64,000 nucleotides of DNA from Squalus acanthias (GCA_030390025.1 CM059432.1:78928001-78992000); one strand, 5' to 3'; positions 11,332-23,409 are shown, counted from the stretch's first letter. The notes: generated from the letters alone by a model not told the origin. A program made the numbers and translations.

Positions 11332-11420
11332 AAATCCCAGGCGTTGCCGGTTATGCAAGCTTCACTCAGACCAGGTGTGATCCCTGAGCCAACTACAGAT
11401 GTCAGCAGTTTTGCAGAAGG
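11332..11420 (+). CDS. vxn: vexin penultimate exon
   Basis: Acceptor gtttttctaag| and donor GG|gtaagt; KSQALPVMQASLRPGVIPEPTTDVSSFAE(G) resembles VXN KSLIPPVPRISVK...EKG as recalled; the phase-2 end joins the terminal exon in frame. Confidence 0.65.
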
Positions 11421-11964
11421 GTAAGTGCTTCTCCCGCAACCCGCTGAAGCCCAGTCTTCTTTTGAACACAGCTGTCACTAATCTGAGGAAAGCCTGTTGC
11501 CCGGCGACGGCCTTCTGTCAGACACTCGGCGGGACATCAGCGGAACGGCAGGTGGCACAAGTCAGAGGTCAGCTGTTTATTACATGGCAGTGTCAACTGC
11601 AATTATCCTTTTTGTACAACGAACCCTCATTTAACACAGTCTGCCTACAATTTCTTTCCAAAACACATGTCTGCTCCTTTGTGTTTAGACGTAGGGCCTA
11701 AGTACTAGGTTTTATTGAACAGTCAAATGTTTGTGTTGAAAATAGGACAATCCTGTGAAGCTACATTTTTAAAATAAGGTTAATTATTTAACCCTTCAAG
11801 TACTGAATTTCTTTTCAAAGCAAAGCGACCTATGCAGCTTTCCAAATATGTTGTTAATGAGAATATTTGGGTAAACCCTCCTTTATATTTATCCCCTTCT
11901 TTCTTTGCCTTTCTGCAGCTGAGAGGGTGGGTGCAAACCCTGTTCCTAGACTGAGAGAGATTCT

Positions 11965-12267
11965 CTTCTCTTCTTAGGCAGTCCCTCGGAACCGAGGATG
12001 ACTTGCTTCCACATTAAAAATGAGTTCTCAGGTGACTGATGAGTCCAATGTGGGACCTACAGTCTCTGTCACAGGTGGGGCAGATGGTGATTGAAGGAGC
12101 AGGTGGGTGGGGTGCTTGGGTTGACGTGTGCTGTTTGCGCTTGGCTTCCGCTTGCTCCCGGCGAAGAGACGCGAGGTGTTCGGCGCCTTCCCGGATGCTT
12201 CTCCTCCACTTTGTGCGGTCTTGGGCCAAGGATTCCCAGGTGTCAGTGGGGATGTTGCACTTTTTCA
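11965..12267 (-). mobile_element. RTE-clade LINE 3' fragment
   Basis: ORF ...WESLAQDRTKWR...CPTCDRDCRSHIGLISHLRTH* (RTE C-terminal zinc finger), GAAGA-type tail, 11-bp TSD AGAGAGATTCT (11954-11964, 12268-12278). Confidence 0.9.
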
Positions 12268-13149
12268 AGAGAGATTCTGTCGGTTCAATATCACTCCCAT
12301 GATTAGCCAGTAGGAGGCATGTTTTAAAAAGAGGGGAACGGTCAGTGTCAGTATCCTGCCCCCTTCTAAGTGAGAGGGAGTGCTTTATCACACAGTACTC
12401 CATATAGCAACCTGGCTAAGAAATTATGAAACTGAGTGTTATGGTTTAAATGGTTGTTTAGCTAAATTATGGGAATAATTTGATGTATTTGTGCTCCCAA
12501 CAGGTAAAGCTCTGTACTGGGAACATAAATTCATATAATTACGTTCTATACATATAATGCCATGGGAGCACTGAAATATATTTAAGCACTGCATGTGGCC
12601 TCCTTTAGAGGCAAGTTTTACGCTAGTCCTGTGAATGAAACATTTTGGAAGTCAAAACAAACTGCTGTTTGTACACTTTGTGGTGAAAGTCTACTTTCTA
12701 CAATAATTATAAAAATACTACTCTAAGGCAGGTAGGATTATGGGACAAGTGGTGCTGGGACAACAGTCAAATCGTCATTTGCTTGAGCCACAAAATCTTA
12801 AAACTCATTTCATTTCAGAAATTCCTGAATGTACAAGCAAGAACATTTGTACAGTAGAGTCACAATCATTAGTACGTAAATATTTGGGATAACTCAAATT
12901 TTAACAGATGAATCAAAAAATCAGAGGTAATCTTTTATTGAAAATATGAGGTATTATTTGATTGCAAATCAGTCATGTAGCTGGTGAATTATCTTGTAAT
13001 CTCCACTTTTAAAAATATTTTTTGTAACTAAGATTTTGAGATTTATTGAAGTTTTGCCATATATTAATGCATCTGTCAACACAGATTTGTGCATCATTTG
13101 AACAACTTCAGAACATTAATTCAGTCCTTAAATAGGATCATTTTCCATG

Positions 13150-13500
13150 CCAATTTTCTCCCTGCCCTCCAGTCCTGAAGATATTGACTTCTAGCTGTTC
13201 ACCCTCCACTATCTCATCCAAGTAGCAATTATTCATGAGTGAATCTTGACAGTGAAGCAAGTTATTCAGATGCAAGGGCATCAAAGCCAAGACCAATACT
13301 ACCCTTACTCAGTATCTATACTGATGTACATCCAGCAGGGGCTGCTGGATAGCAATTAGGAGCAGGAATCTTGGTTGATTTTTCCACTCCCTAACCCAGG
13401 GGCACTGAGGCCATTTTTTGTGCCTCTATTGCCATTTTAGCTGAGAATAAATAACTTAGGTCAGGCCAGGCATCACTTAAACCTGTATGGCTCAGTTTAA
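13150..13500 (-). mobile_element. LF-SINE-like SINE
   Basis: CCAGCAGGGGCTGCTGGATAGCAATTAGGAGCAGGAATCTTGGTTGATTTTTCC...CCCAGGGGCACTGAGGCC is the reverse complement of the LF-SINE-like core also seen at 3720-3830. Confidence 0.65.
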
Positions 13501-13518
13501 ATGTATATGATGGCACTA

Positions 13519-15540
13519 GATGGTGAATCCCAGGATATTGACACACTAACAATGAGGGAATGCCAGTATATGTCCAAGTCAGGATGGTTTGTGACTTGGA
13601 AGGGAATGGTCTTTCTATGGTATTGCTGCTATTCTCCTTCTTGGTGGTAGAGCTTGCAGGACAGGTATGTGTGTTGAAGTAACCTTGATGAGTTGCTGCA
13701 GTGCATCCTGTGATGGTGATGGATGAGATGGATATTGAGTCCAGTGGCAGGGCACCAATCAAACAAATTACTTTATCCTGGATGGTGTGGAGCTTCTTGA
13801 GTGTTGTTGCAGCTACACCCATCTAGGTGAGTGGTGAGGATTCCATCACATTCCTGACTTGAACTTCAAGATGGTGGAAAGGCTTTGAGGGGTTATGAGA
13901 TGTTGCAGAGTACCCAGCCTCTGCCCTGTTCTTGTAGTCACAGTGTTGACATGGCTGGTCCAGTTCAGCTTCTGGTCATTCATGATCCCCAAGATGTTGA
14001 TGGTAGGGGACTCAGCAATGGTGGTGCCATTGATGGTCAGAGGTAGATGGCTGGGCTTTCTCTTGCTCAAGATGGTCTCTGTCAACCACAACCATCTTCT
14101 CTTGTGTCACGTTAGTCTCCAGCCACTGGAGAGTTTTCCCCATGACTCTCATTGACATTAGTTTTCACTCTCATCAAAGTCACAAATGATATCATTTGTG
14201 TCTGTGACAAAGGTAAACTATCCTTCCTCGTCCTTCTTGACTTGTCTGCAGCCTTTGACACGGTTGACCACTCCATCCTTCTCCAACGCCTCTCCACCGT
14301 CATCCAGCTGGGTGGGACTGCACTCGCCTGGTTCCATTCTTATCTATCTAATCGTAGCCAGAGAATCACCTGCAATGGCTTCTCTTCCCGCTCCCGCATC
14401 GTTACCTCTGGTGTCCTCCAAGGATCTATCCTTGGCCCCCTCCTATTTCTCATCTACATGCTACCCCTTGGCAACATCATCCGAAAACACAGCGTCAGTT
14501 TCCACATGTACGCTGACAACACCCAGATCTACCTCACTACCACTTTTCTCAACCCCTCCATGGTCTCTAAATTGTCAGACTGCTTGTCCGACATCCAGTT
14601 CTGGATGAGCAGAAATTTTCTCCAATTAAATATTGGGAAGACCGAAGCCATTGTTTTCGGTCCCCGCCACAAACTCCGTTCCCTAGCCACTGACTCCATT
14701 CCTCTCCCTAACATCTGTCTGAGGCTGAACCAGACCGTTCGCAACCTTGGTGCCATATTTGACCCTGAAATGAGCTTTCGACCACATATCCACGGCATAA
14801 CTAAGACCGTCTATTTCCACCTCCGTAACATCGCCCGTCTCCGCCCCTGCCTCAGCTCACCCGCTGCTGAAACCCTCATCCATGCCTTTGTTACCTCTAG
14901 ACTTGACTATTCCAACACACTCTTGGCTGGCCTCCTACATTCTACCCTACGTAAACTTGAGGTCATCCAAAACTCAGCTGCCTGTGTCCTAACCCGCACC
15001 AAGTCCCATTCACCCATCACCCCTGTGCTTGCTGACCTACATTGGCTCCCGGGTAAGCAACACCTCGATTTTAAAATTTTCATCCTTGTTTTCAATACCC
15101 TCCATGGCCTCACCCCTCCCTATCTCTGTAATCTCCTTCAGCCCCACAACTCCCCGAGATATCTGCACTCCTCTAATTCTGCCCTCTTGATCATCCCTGA
15201 TTATAATCACTCAACCATTGGTGGCCATGCCTTCTGTTGCCTAGGCCCTAAGCTCTGGAATTCCCTGCCTAAACCTCTCTGCCTCTCTACCTCTTTCCTC
15301 CTTAAAGACCTACCTCTTTGACCAAGCTTTTGGTCACCTGCCCTAATTTCTCCTTATGTGGCTCGGTGTCAAAATTTTTGTCTTATAATACTCCTGTGAA
15401 GCATCTTGGAACGTTTTACTACATTAAAGGCGCTATATAAATACAAGTTGTTGTTGTTTCCTACGGCTCTTTGGTACCATACTCAGTCAAATTCCGCTTT
15501 AATGTCAAGGGCAGCTACTCTCATCTCAATTCAATTCTTG
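13519..15540 (-). mobile_element. Old Zenon-like CR1-clade LINE, split by an L2 at 14167-15457
   Basis: Diverged homology to 20520-21600 at 13519-14166, resuming at ~15460-15540 after the L2 tail. Confidence 0.7.
14167..15457 (+). mobile_element. L2 LINE, 5'-truncated, long RT ORF
   Basis: 389-aa ORF with LLDLSAAFDTVDH, GVLQGSILGPLLF and YADN(D)TQ motifs; (GTT)n tail. Confidence 0.92.
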
Positions 15541-15668
15541 CATCTATATCTGTTACTCACTAACTAAATTAGGTGAATAAGGAGTTTTTTCAAATGGGAT
15601 TTGAAGGTTAAGTGAATAAAGCACAAGAGAATTGCAAAGCCCATGTTTGACAAATAATTTTTTTTCAG

Positions 15669-15855
15669 GAAACAGAGGATGAGTGAGAAAAACATCAGAA
15701 AGTATCCAGAACCTGCTCTTGAATCAGATGTCAGTGTACCACTGACAGGGAACATATCACACACAACTCCCAGCATTCTGAGAAGAATCATCATGAAAAA
15801 CAGGAAGAAGGCACCGTGTTCTGGGACAACAAACAATGCCTTTGAGCCAGATTGA
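15669..15855 (+). CDS. vxn: vexin terminal coding exon
   Basis: Acceptor ttttttttcag|; KQRMSEKNIRKYPEPALESDVSVPLTGNISHTTPSILRRIIMKNRKKAPCSGTTNNAFEPD* matches the VXN/C8orf46 C-terminus as recalled (...EYPALPQGAEASLPLTG...PGILRKMWTRHKKKSEYVGATNSAFEAD*); convergent neighbour is mybl1, as in human 8q13. Confidence 0.88.
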
Positions 15856-16091
15856 GGAACCTGCTTTAGCTTTGTGCAGGAACAATGAGAAGAATGTCAT
15901 GTCATTTTATTTTGAGTAAAGATTTGAGTTGGGCTGTTTAACTGTCTGGGGTAAGCTGTACCATCCCAAGGAGTCAATCACTCAGCAAGTTTTGTGAGTT
16001 ACTAAAAATATGTTTTAAGTTTTTAAGCTTGTTGTCAAAGTCATCAGTGCTAGAATTTGGACTGTGATGTTGGGGCCATTTTGATATGTAG

Positions 16092-16144
16092 AATAAATGT
16101 GCTTCACATTATTAAGCATAAAAGTTGCTGTTTTTTGGAATAAA
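16092..16144 (+). promoter_or_regulatory. Candidate vxn polyadenylation signals
   Basis: AATAAA at 16092-16097 and 16139-16144, ~240-290 nt after the stop codon. Confidence 0.5.
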
Positions 16145-16621
16145 AATGAAAAATGCTGGAAAATGTATGAAGAATGGAAATGAGTCAAGAGAAAAGATGG
16201 ATTAACATTTAAGATGTAGACTCTTTGTCAGTACAGATTTTCTACACCTGCAACTTTAACTTCTGCTAGAAATTTCACCGCCTAAGGGGGCAGAATTCCA
16301 CCAGAATTGTGGTGCAGGGGTCGTAATTTGCAACAAAACCCTATTTGTCGCTCTTAAACACCGCAGGAAATCCCAAATGGTAGGAGCAGGTGCTTTTTCT
16401 TCCCATCCCAAGCACATTATGGCAGCACTTTGGGGGTGTTTCTGGGGGTGTTCTCAGACTACCCTGGGAATTATGGCAGACATGCCCCTGATAAACCCAG
16501 TGAACTTATATCAGCTGAGAGTGAATTGGGAGGTTTTGCTACATTAAAGACGCTATATAAATGCAAGTTGCTGTTAGAAGTCTTGAAGATCTACTAAATG
16601 TTTTCAGATGTATTTCTTTTT

Positions 16622-17276
16622 AAGGGGTGTACATACACAAGTCTTTGAAGGTGGCAGGACAAGTTGAGAAGGCTGTTAAAAAGGAATATGGGATCCTTAG
16701 CTTTATAAGTAGAGTCATAGAGTAAAAAATCAAGGAAGTTATGCAAAACCTTTATAAAACACTGATTAGACATCACACTTTAGGAAGGATGTAGAGGAGA
16801 TTTATTAGAATGGTACCAGGGATGAAAGACCAATTACCCAGACAGACTAGAAAAACTGGGGTTATTCTCCTTAGAGCAGAGAAGGTTAAGGGGAGATTTG
16901 ACAGAGGTGTTCAAAATCATGAAGGGTTTTGACAGAGTAAATAAGGAGAAACTGTTTCCAGTGGCAGAAGGGTCAGCAACCAGAGGACACAGTTTTAGGA
17001 TAATTGGCAAAAGAACCAGAGGCGACATCAGGAAACATTTTTTAATGCAGTGAGTTATTATGATCTGGAATGCACTGCCTGAAAGGGTGATGGAAGTCGA
17101 TTCAACAGTAACTTTCAAAAGGGAATTGGATAAGTAATTGGAGGGGAAAAGTCTGCAGAGCTATGAGGAAAGAGCAGGGGAGTGGGACTAATTGTATGGC
17201 TCTTTCAAAGAGCCAGCACAGGCTCGATGGGCCGAATGGCCTCCTTCTGTGCTGTATCATTCTTTGATTCTATGAG
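16622..17276 (+). mobile_element. CR1 (HER1-like) LINE 3' fragment
   Basis: Homologous to 5227-6668 and 50700-51381; ends GGCCTCCTTCTGTGCTGTATCATTCTTTGATTCTATGA. Confidence 0.85.
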
Positions 17277-17281
17277 TCTAT

Positions 17282-18362
17282 GGCCTAGAAATTCGAGTAG
17301 GCTGGAAACCTGCCGGTAATAGCGCCAGCTAAGGCTAACGGACGCTGCAGAAAGAGCTCTGACGCACCGGTATTTTGGTGCTGCCTGCTAATTTACATCA
17401 GCAGAGCGGAGAATCTGTGGTACAACGCTCTCTTTCCGGCGCTAAGCACAGCAGGAGGCTGAAGGTCGTGTCTGTTACCACTTAGATTTAAGGAGAAAAA
17501 GGAACAAACGAGTCAACCTGTAGGCCATGTACGGAACAGTTGCCGTATTTATTACGGCAATTTACCTGCCATCCACTCACCAATCCGTCAATGTTACAGT
17601 ATTGCACTCAGCTCTTGTGGAGAAAGCTCTTGTTGTTTAAAGCGCATCAAAGTGACACAAGCAAAGCTCTGGAACCTACCTATGGAAGTGTGTTATCTTT
17701 TAAATCAGCTCAGGCTCTGGCTCGCAAAATTTCGACAGAGCAAAAAATGGTTCAGCAACTAGAGAGTCTATCGACTGCGCCAGGAAAGTCTGTGGTTTGA
17801 TTGATCTTCATCGAATGTGATGAATTATTCAGTGGCGATGATAATTTATAATGACCTGTCGCCATTGGCTGTTCACTTCATATAATGATGACCGTTTTGG
17901 TTTCAGTCACAAACTGTTATGGATAAGTCTACTCTCGTCTCCCCACCTGCAATCATCTGTGTACCATTATACACAGAGGTGCTTCTACTAGTCTTCATCC
18001 TCAGAACTAGATCCTTTCCATCAAATTAAACACCCACACCCACGTGTACCTGAGAGCAGGTATAGCATGTGTATGATGCTCAAGCGCTGTCAGCGGCTGT
18101 ACGCACAGGCGTGCTTTGGAGAGGGCAGTAAGAGGAGTGGCGAGCTCCAAAATGGATGAGCGTGTGTCAATTCGGCGTTGTACACTGATTGACGTCACGC
18201 TCCTGCTAATTTTAAAACTTTCCACAAGCACAGGCAATGGCAGCGCTACTAACCTGCTGAAAATGGTGGCCCACCAGAAGTGGGCAGAAGTGAGACAGCC
18301 GCCATTTTTTTTACTGAAACTGGCCTTAACGGCCAGCGCAAAACACCTCCAACTTCTAGGCC
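17282..18362. mobile_element. Non-autonomous Harbinger-type element, 1081 bp
   Basis: TIR GGCCTAGAAATT / AACTTCTAGGCC (11/12 match); 3-bp TSD TAT on both sides; CpG-rich subterminal regions. Confidence 0.75.
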
Positions 18363-19237
18363 TATAAGTTTATATATCGTATAGTAGTACATGTGTTACT
18401 AGTACAAAGCAAATCTCAAGCTCCTCATTATATCTGCAAGAGTTAGAGTCAAACTGAAGCTGTAACCAAAGTGACCTAAATGGAAGCATTTTGGGTTAAC
18501 TTGCATCCCCTGAACTTTGCTCATTAATATTATCTTAGGTTTGAGTTGGTCTATCCCACAAATTATCCTGTCGCAGCATGTGTACTCGCATTGTCATAGC
18601 AGGTAAGCAGCTGGATGCACCAACAAAGATACCTGTTTCACTTCTTCCTTCATACTTTTACAGTTTTAGCCCTTAATGCGTCACAGACAAGTTCATTTGT
18701 CTGTTTGCAATCAAGCTCAGGGGCAGAGGAGGTCCAAATATATTAAAAATTGCAATTAGAATGTTGTGCCCATTCTTGTGTGCACTACTTTAGAAATGAT
18801 GTCAAGGCCAAGGAGAGGGGACAGAAGATATTCACTAAAATTTTCCAGAGAAAAGAAGCTTTAGTTATGACATAGCAGAGAAAAGGGGGCTCTTTTCATG
18901 AGAACAAGAGGTTAAGACAAGGGGGGCTAAATATGATAGCCCCCTGAAAATGGGTGCAGCGATTAACTCGCACCCATTGCTTCTGATGCAGGCAGCATGT
19001 AAACTTCATGCTGCCTGCTAATTGAAATGATTGCAGCATTGAGGAAGTGCTAAACACGCTGATGAGTGGCTGAGTGCCTCAGCAGCGGGCCCAAGTTCGT
19101 GCGAAGATAGCACCGCTTAAAGCTAGCCTGCTCTACTTAAAGACAGCCTTCACCTCTTAAATGGGAGGTGAATTCTGGCTGAAGCAAGTGCTGGAAGTGG
19201 CTGTGGAATAGAGTCTGACCTGCAAGAAGAGTGACTA

Positions 19238-22200
19238 TTGGCGCAAAAGGAGAGAGAGCATGCTCCAAGGTTTTCAGATGCTGCATTGGAGGCCTTGATG
19301 GAGGAGGTGGACAGGAAGAGAGAGGTCCTCTATCCTCAGGGGACCAGGAGGCCCTCCAGACAAACTCTCAGAAGGCAGTTAGAGCTGGTAGACATGGCGG
19401 TTAATGCCAAAAGTCAAGCCCCAAGGACCTGGATGCAGGGCCGCAAAATGTTCAATGACCTCACACAAGTGGTCAAGGTCAGTGAATTCATCTTCAAATG
19501 CCATATCCCACCAACTGCACCACTAGCCTTACACACTGCTCAATGCACCATACCCCCATCACTCACCTACCAACAATCTCTATCAAACAAGACTCATACC
19601 TCACATTCATATCTCCACCTCACCCTCACACACTTACCACTGCTGCAAGCCTCACACCCATATCTCACAGCTTGCACACATGGTCAGCTATTCAACCATG
19701 ACAGGCACATCATCCAAACACATTGCACCACACTCACTGACACATTTCCCTCTCTCTTGCAGGACAAGTTGGCACATAACCGACAGCAGCACAATCTAAC
19801 TAGTGGGGGACAGGCATGGCCGCATGACCTAACCCCAATGGAGGACACTGTGATCACCATCATTGGAGCAGCCATCGCTGAGCCCGTGGCCAGTGGCGGG
19901 GCTGAACAATCAAAGATGACATACGTAATCATCCTTCTCATATCCCACTTCCCCCTTAACCCACAATCTCTTCTGATTTACAAGCTGCAGAGCGTGTAAG
20001 CATGCACCTCTTGCTTTACCCACCTCCCCTCACCACAGCCCTACCCTGTGCCTTTCTTCTTTCAAATACCCAAAAACTGCAACCTGGCCAGGCAGCGGTG
20101 GAGGAGCAAGAACTGGAAGAAGAGGAAGAAGGCAGTGATGCTGAAGACACAGCACTGTCACTCAATTTCACACTCACAGCCACCAGCTCAGATACTGACA
20201 GTTCGAGTACTTTAGGGGATAGCTTAGACACGGGATCTGCACATGGTAAGACACCGGGCACGAGTGGCCTGCAGCCAGGGCAGGGGGCATGGGTAGCGCA
20301 GGTGCCAGCTCCCCGGAGGGCGAAGTTGCACATGAGTTCTGCTGCACAGGACTCAGATGAGCACTTCGATGGGGCAAGCTACAGAAGAAGGCTGATGGAT
20401 ATTTTTTTTTTAAATTTGTTCATGGGATGTGGCGTCGCTAGCAAGCCCAGCATTTATTGCCCATCCCTAGTTGCCCTTGAGAAGGTGGTGGTGAGCCGCC
20501 TTCTTGAATCGCTGCAGTCCGTGTGGTGAAGGTATTCCCACAGTGCTGTTAGGGAGGGAGTTCCAGGATTTTGACCCAGCGACGATGAAGGAATGGCGAT
20601 ATACTTCCAAGTCAGGATGGTGTGTGACTTGGAGGGGAACTTGGAGGTGATGGTGTTCCCATGCGCCTGCTGCCCTTGTCCTTCTAGGTGGTAGAGGTCG
20701 CAGGTTTGGGAGGTGCTGCCAAAGAAGCCTTGGCGAGTTGCTGCAGTGCATCTTGTAGATGGTACACACTGCAGCCACGGAACGCCGGTGGTGGAGTGAG
20801 TGAATGTTTAAGGTGGTGGATGAGGTGCCAATCAAAAGGCTGATTTGTCTTGGATGGTGTCGAGCTTCTTGATTGTTGGAGCTGCATTCATCCAGGCAAG
20901 TGGAGAGTATTCCATCACACTACTTACTTGTGCCTTGAGGATGGTGGAAAGGCTTTGGGGAGTCAGGAGGTGAGACACTCGCCGCAGAATACCCAGCCTC
21001 TGGCCTGCTCTTGTTGACACAGTATTTATGTGGCTGGTCCAGTTAAGTTTCTGGTCAATGGTGACCCCCCAGGATGTTGATGGTGGGGGATTCGGCGATG
21101 GTAATGCCATTGAATGTCAAGGGGCGGTGGTTAGACTCTCGCTTGTTGGAGATAGTCATTGCCTGGCACTTGTGTGGCGCGAATGTTACCTGCCACTTAT
21201 CAGCCCAAGCCTGAACATCGTCCAGGTCTTGCTGTATGCGGGCATGGACTGCTTCATTATCTGAGGAGTTGCGAATGGCACTGGATACTGAGTAGTCATC
21301 AGCGATCATTCCCACTTCTGACCTTATGTTGGAGGGTAGATCATTGATGAAGCAGCTGAAGATGGTTGGGCCTAGGACACTGCCCTGAGGAACTCCTGCA
21401 GTGATGTCCTGGGGCTGTGATGATTGACCTGCAACTACCACAACCATCTTCCTTTGTTCTAGGTATGACTCCAGCCAGTGGAGAGTATTTCCCCCGATTC
21501 CCATTGACTTCAGTTTCACTCGGGCTCCTTAATGCCACACTCGGTCAAATGCTGCCTTGATGTCAAGGGCAGGCACTCTCACCTCACCTCTGGAATTCAG
21601 CTCCTTTGTCCATGTTTGGACCAAGGCTGTAATGAGGTCTGGAGCTGAGTGGTCCTGGCAGAACCCAGACTGGTGAGTAAGTGCTGCTTGATAGCACTGT
21701 CGACAACACCTTCCATCACTTTGCTGATGATTGAGAGTAGACTGATGGGGTGGTAATTGGCCGGATTGGATTTGTCCTGCTTTTTGTGGACAGGACATAC
21801 CTGGGCAGTTTTCCACATTGTCGGATAGATGCCAGTGTTGTAGCTGTACTGGAACAGCTTGGCTAGAGGCGCGGCTAGTTCTGGAGCACAAGTCTTCAGC
21901 ACGATAGCCGGGATGTTGTCATGGTCCATAGCCTTTGCTGTATCCAGTGCGCTCAGCCGTTTCTTGATATCACGTGGAGTGAATCGAATTGGCTGAAGAC
22001 TGGCTTCTGTGATGGTGGGGACTGCAGGAGGAGGTCAATATGGATCATCCACTCGGCACTTCTGGCTGAAGATGGTTGCAAACGTTTTAGCTTTGTCTTT
22101 TGCACTCACATGCTGGGCTCCACCATCATTGAGGATGGGGATATTCATGGAGCCTGTTTAATGGTTCCACCACCATTCACGACTGGATGTGGCAGGACTG

Positions 22201-22900
22201 CAGAGTTTTGATCTGATCCGTTGATTGTGGGATTGCTTAGCCCTGTCTATAACATACTGCTTCCACTTTTTAGCATGCATGTAGTCCTGTGTTGCAGCTT
22301 TCCCAGGTTGGCATCGCATTTTTAGGTACGCCTGGTGCTGCTCCTGGCATGCTCTTCTACACTCCTTATTGAACCAGGGTTGGTCCCCTGGCTTGATGGT
22401 AATGGTAGAGTAATGGATATTGTGGTGGTATGCACAATGAAATGCTTGGTGTATTGGCAGACCTGCCAGAAAGCCTGCGTGCAATGTCAAGGAGTATGGA
22501 GAAGTTTGGCACCAACTTGGCACAGTTTTTTGCGCAGAGCTTGGAGCCCATCTTTTCCAGCATGGAAGTGGTGACCAACTTCATTAGTGCACTTGTTGAC
22601 CCAACCATGATGCAGTGTCTGATGGCCGATGTCTCAGCTTCCATTGCAACACAAGCAGAAGCCACCCAATGTCTGAGTGCTGCAGTGGAAGCTAAGACTT
22701 CCGTCATGAAAGCTCAGCTTGCTGCCACACAAGCTCAGACCGCTGCCATCATGGCTGCGGTTACCAGTGTTAAAAGGGGCTTGCAGGGTGTCACAGCAGT
22801 CCAGCAATCTGTCCTCCAACAGATTACTAGGATTGCTGAATCGCCGCCCTGGGGGAGTGGCAGTGGCTCCATGGAGCACGAGCCTGCTGTTCTCTCAGGA
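19238..22900 (+). pseudogene. Harbinger Myb/SANT-like DNA-binding protein pseudogene (exons 19238-19477, 19763-~19920, 20066-20400 + ~22425-22900)
   Basis: RFSDAALEALMEEVDRKREVLYP...RTWMQGRKMFNDLTQVVK|gtcagt; ttgcag|DKLAHNRQQ...; start codon is TTG, the second donor and acceptor are mutated (atacgt, ttcaa), and exon 3 is split by a LINE inside RRRLM/GMHNEMLG. Confidence 0.8.
20403..22420 (-). mobile_element. CR1-clade (Zenon-like) LINE, ~2 kb, 5'-truncated
   Basis: RT motifs [27 protein letters not shown]; tail matches the copies at 915 and 60860-60943. Confidence 0.9.
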
Positions 22901-23409
22901 TGGCAGCAAACTGGGAGATGTTGCAAATATTTTTGTTCAGATGTATTTAGGTTTCAGCGCTATCTAAAAGATTCAATGCATATGTGCTGGAAGCTCTTTA
23001 TGTGCAACACAGTGCTATTCAAAAGATTGAAACAAAATGAACAGCTGCTAGCCCTAATAGACTTGTTCTTTACTAACACAATAAATGTTGCTAGAGAAAC
23101 TGGATAACTTCATTAAATAATTACTTGAGAAGTTCCACTACTCAATGTCAATTTTTCTTCTTCCCTACATTTTACCATACCTGGACATCAAGATATTATA
23201 GTCAACTGAAATTATTGGGTTGCAAACAAACAGCTCAAATAGTAGACACACCAGCCTGCAACAGTTTTTAATTTACCACACTTTGGAGGAGTGACTCAGC
23301 GCATTTCTGTACCTGCCCACATCTTACATGATAATACATTAGAAGACAAGCTGATATGCTGGAAAAAGTGAATTAAAAGGAGTTTAAAAAAAAGATTATA
23401 ATGCCAAGA

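Larger units (their letters stand above)
18921..22900 (+). mobile_element. Truncated PIF/Harbinger element carrying only the Myb/SANT gene; interrupted by a LINE
   Basis: Starts with a GGGGGGCTAAAT-like end; contains a three-exon Myb/SANT pseudogene homologous to 38325-40207; no transposase and no right TIR found. Confidence 0.7.
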
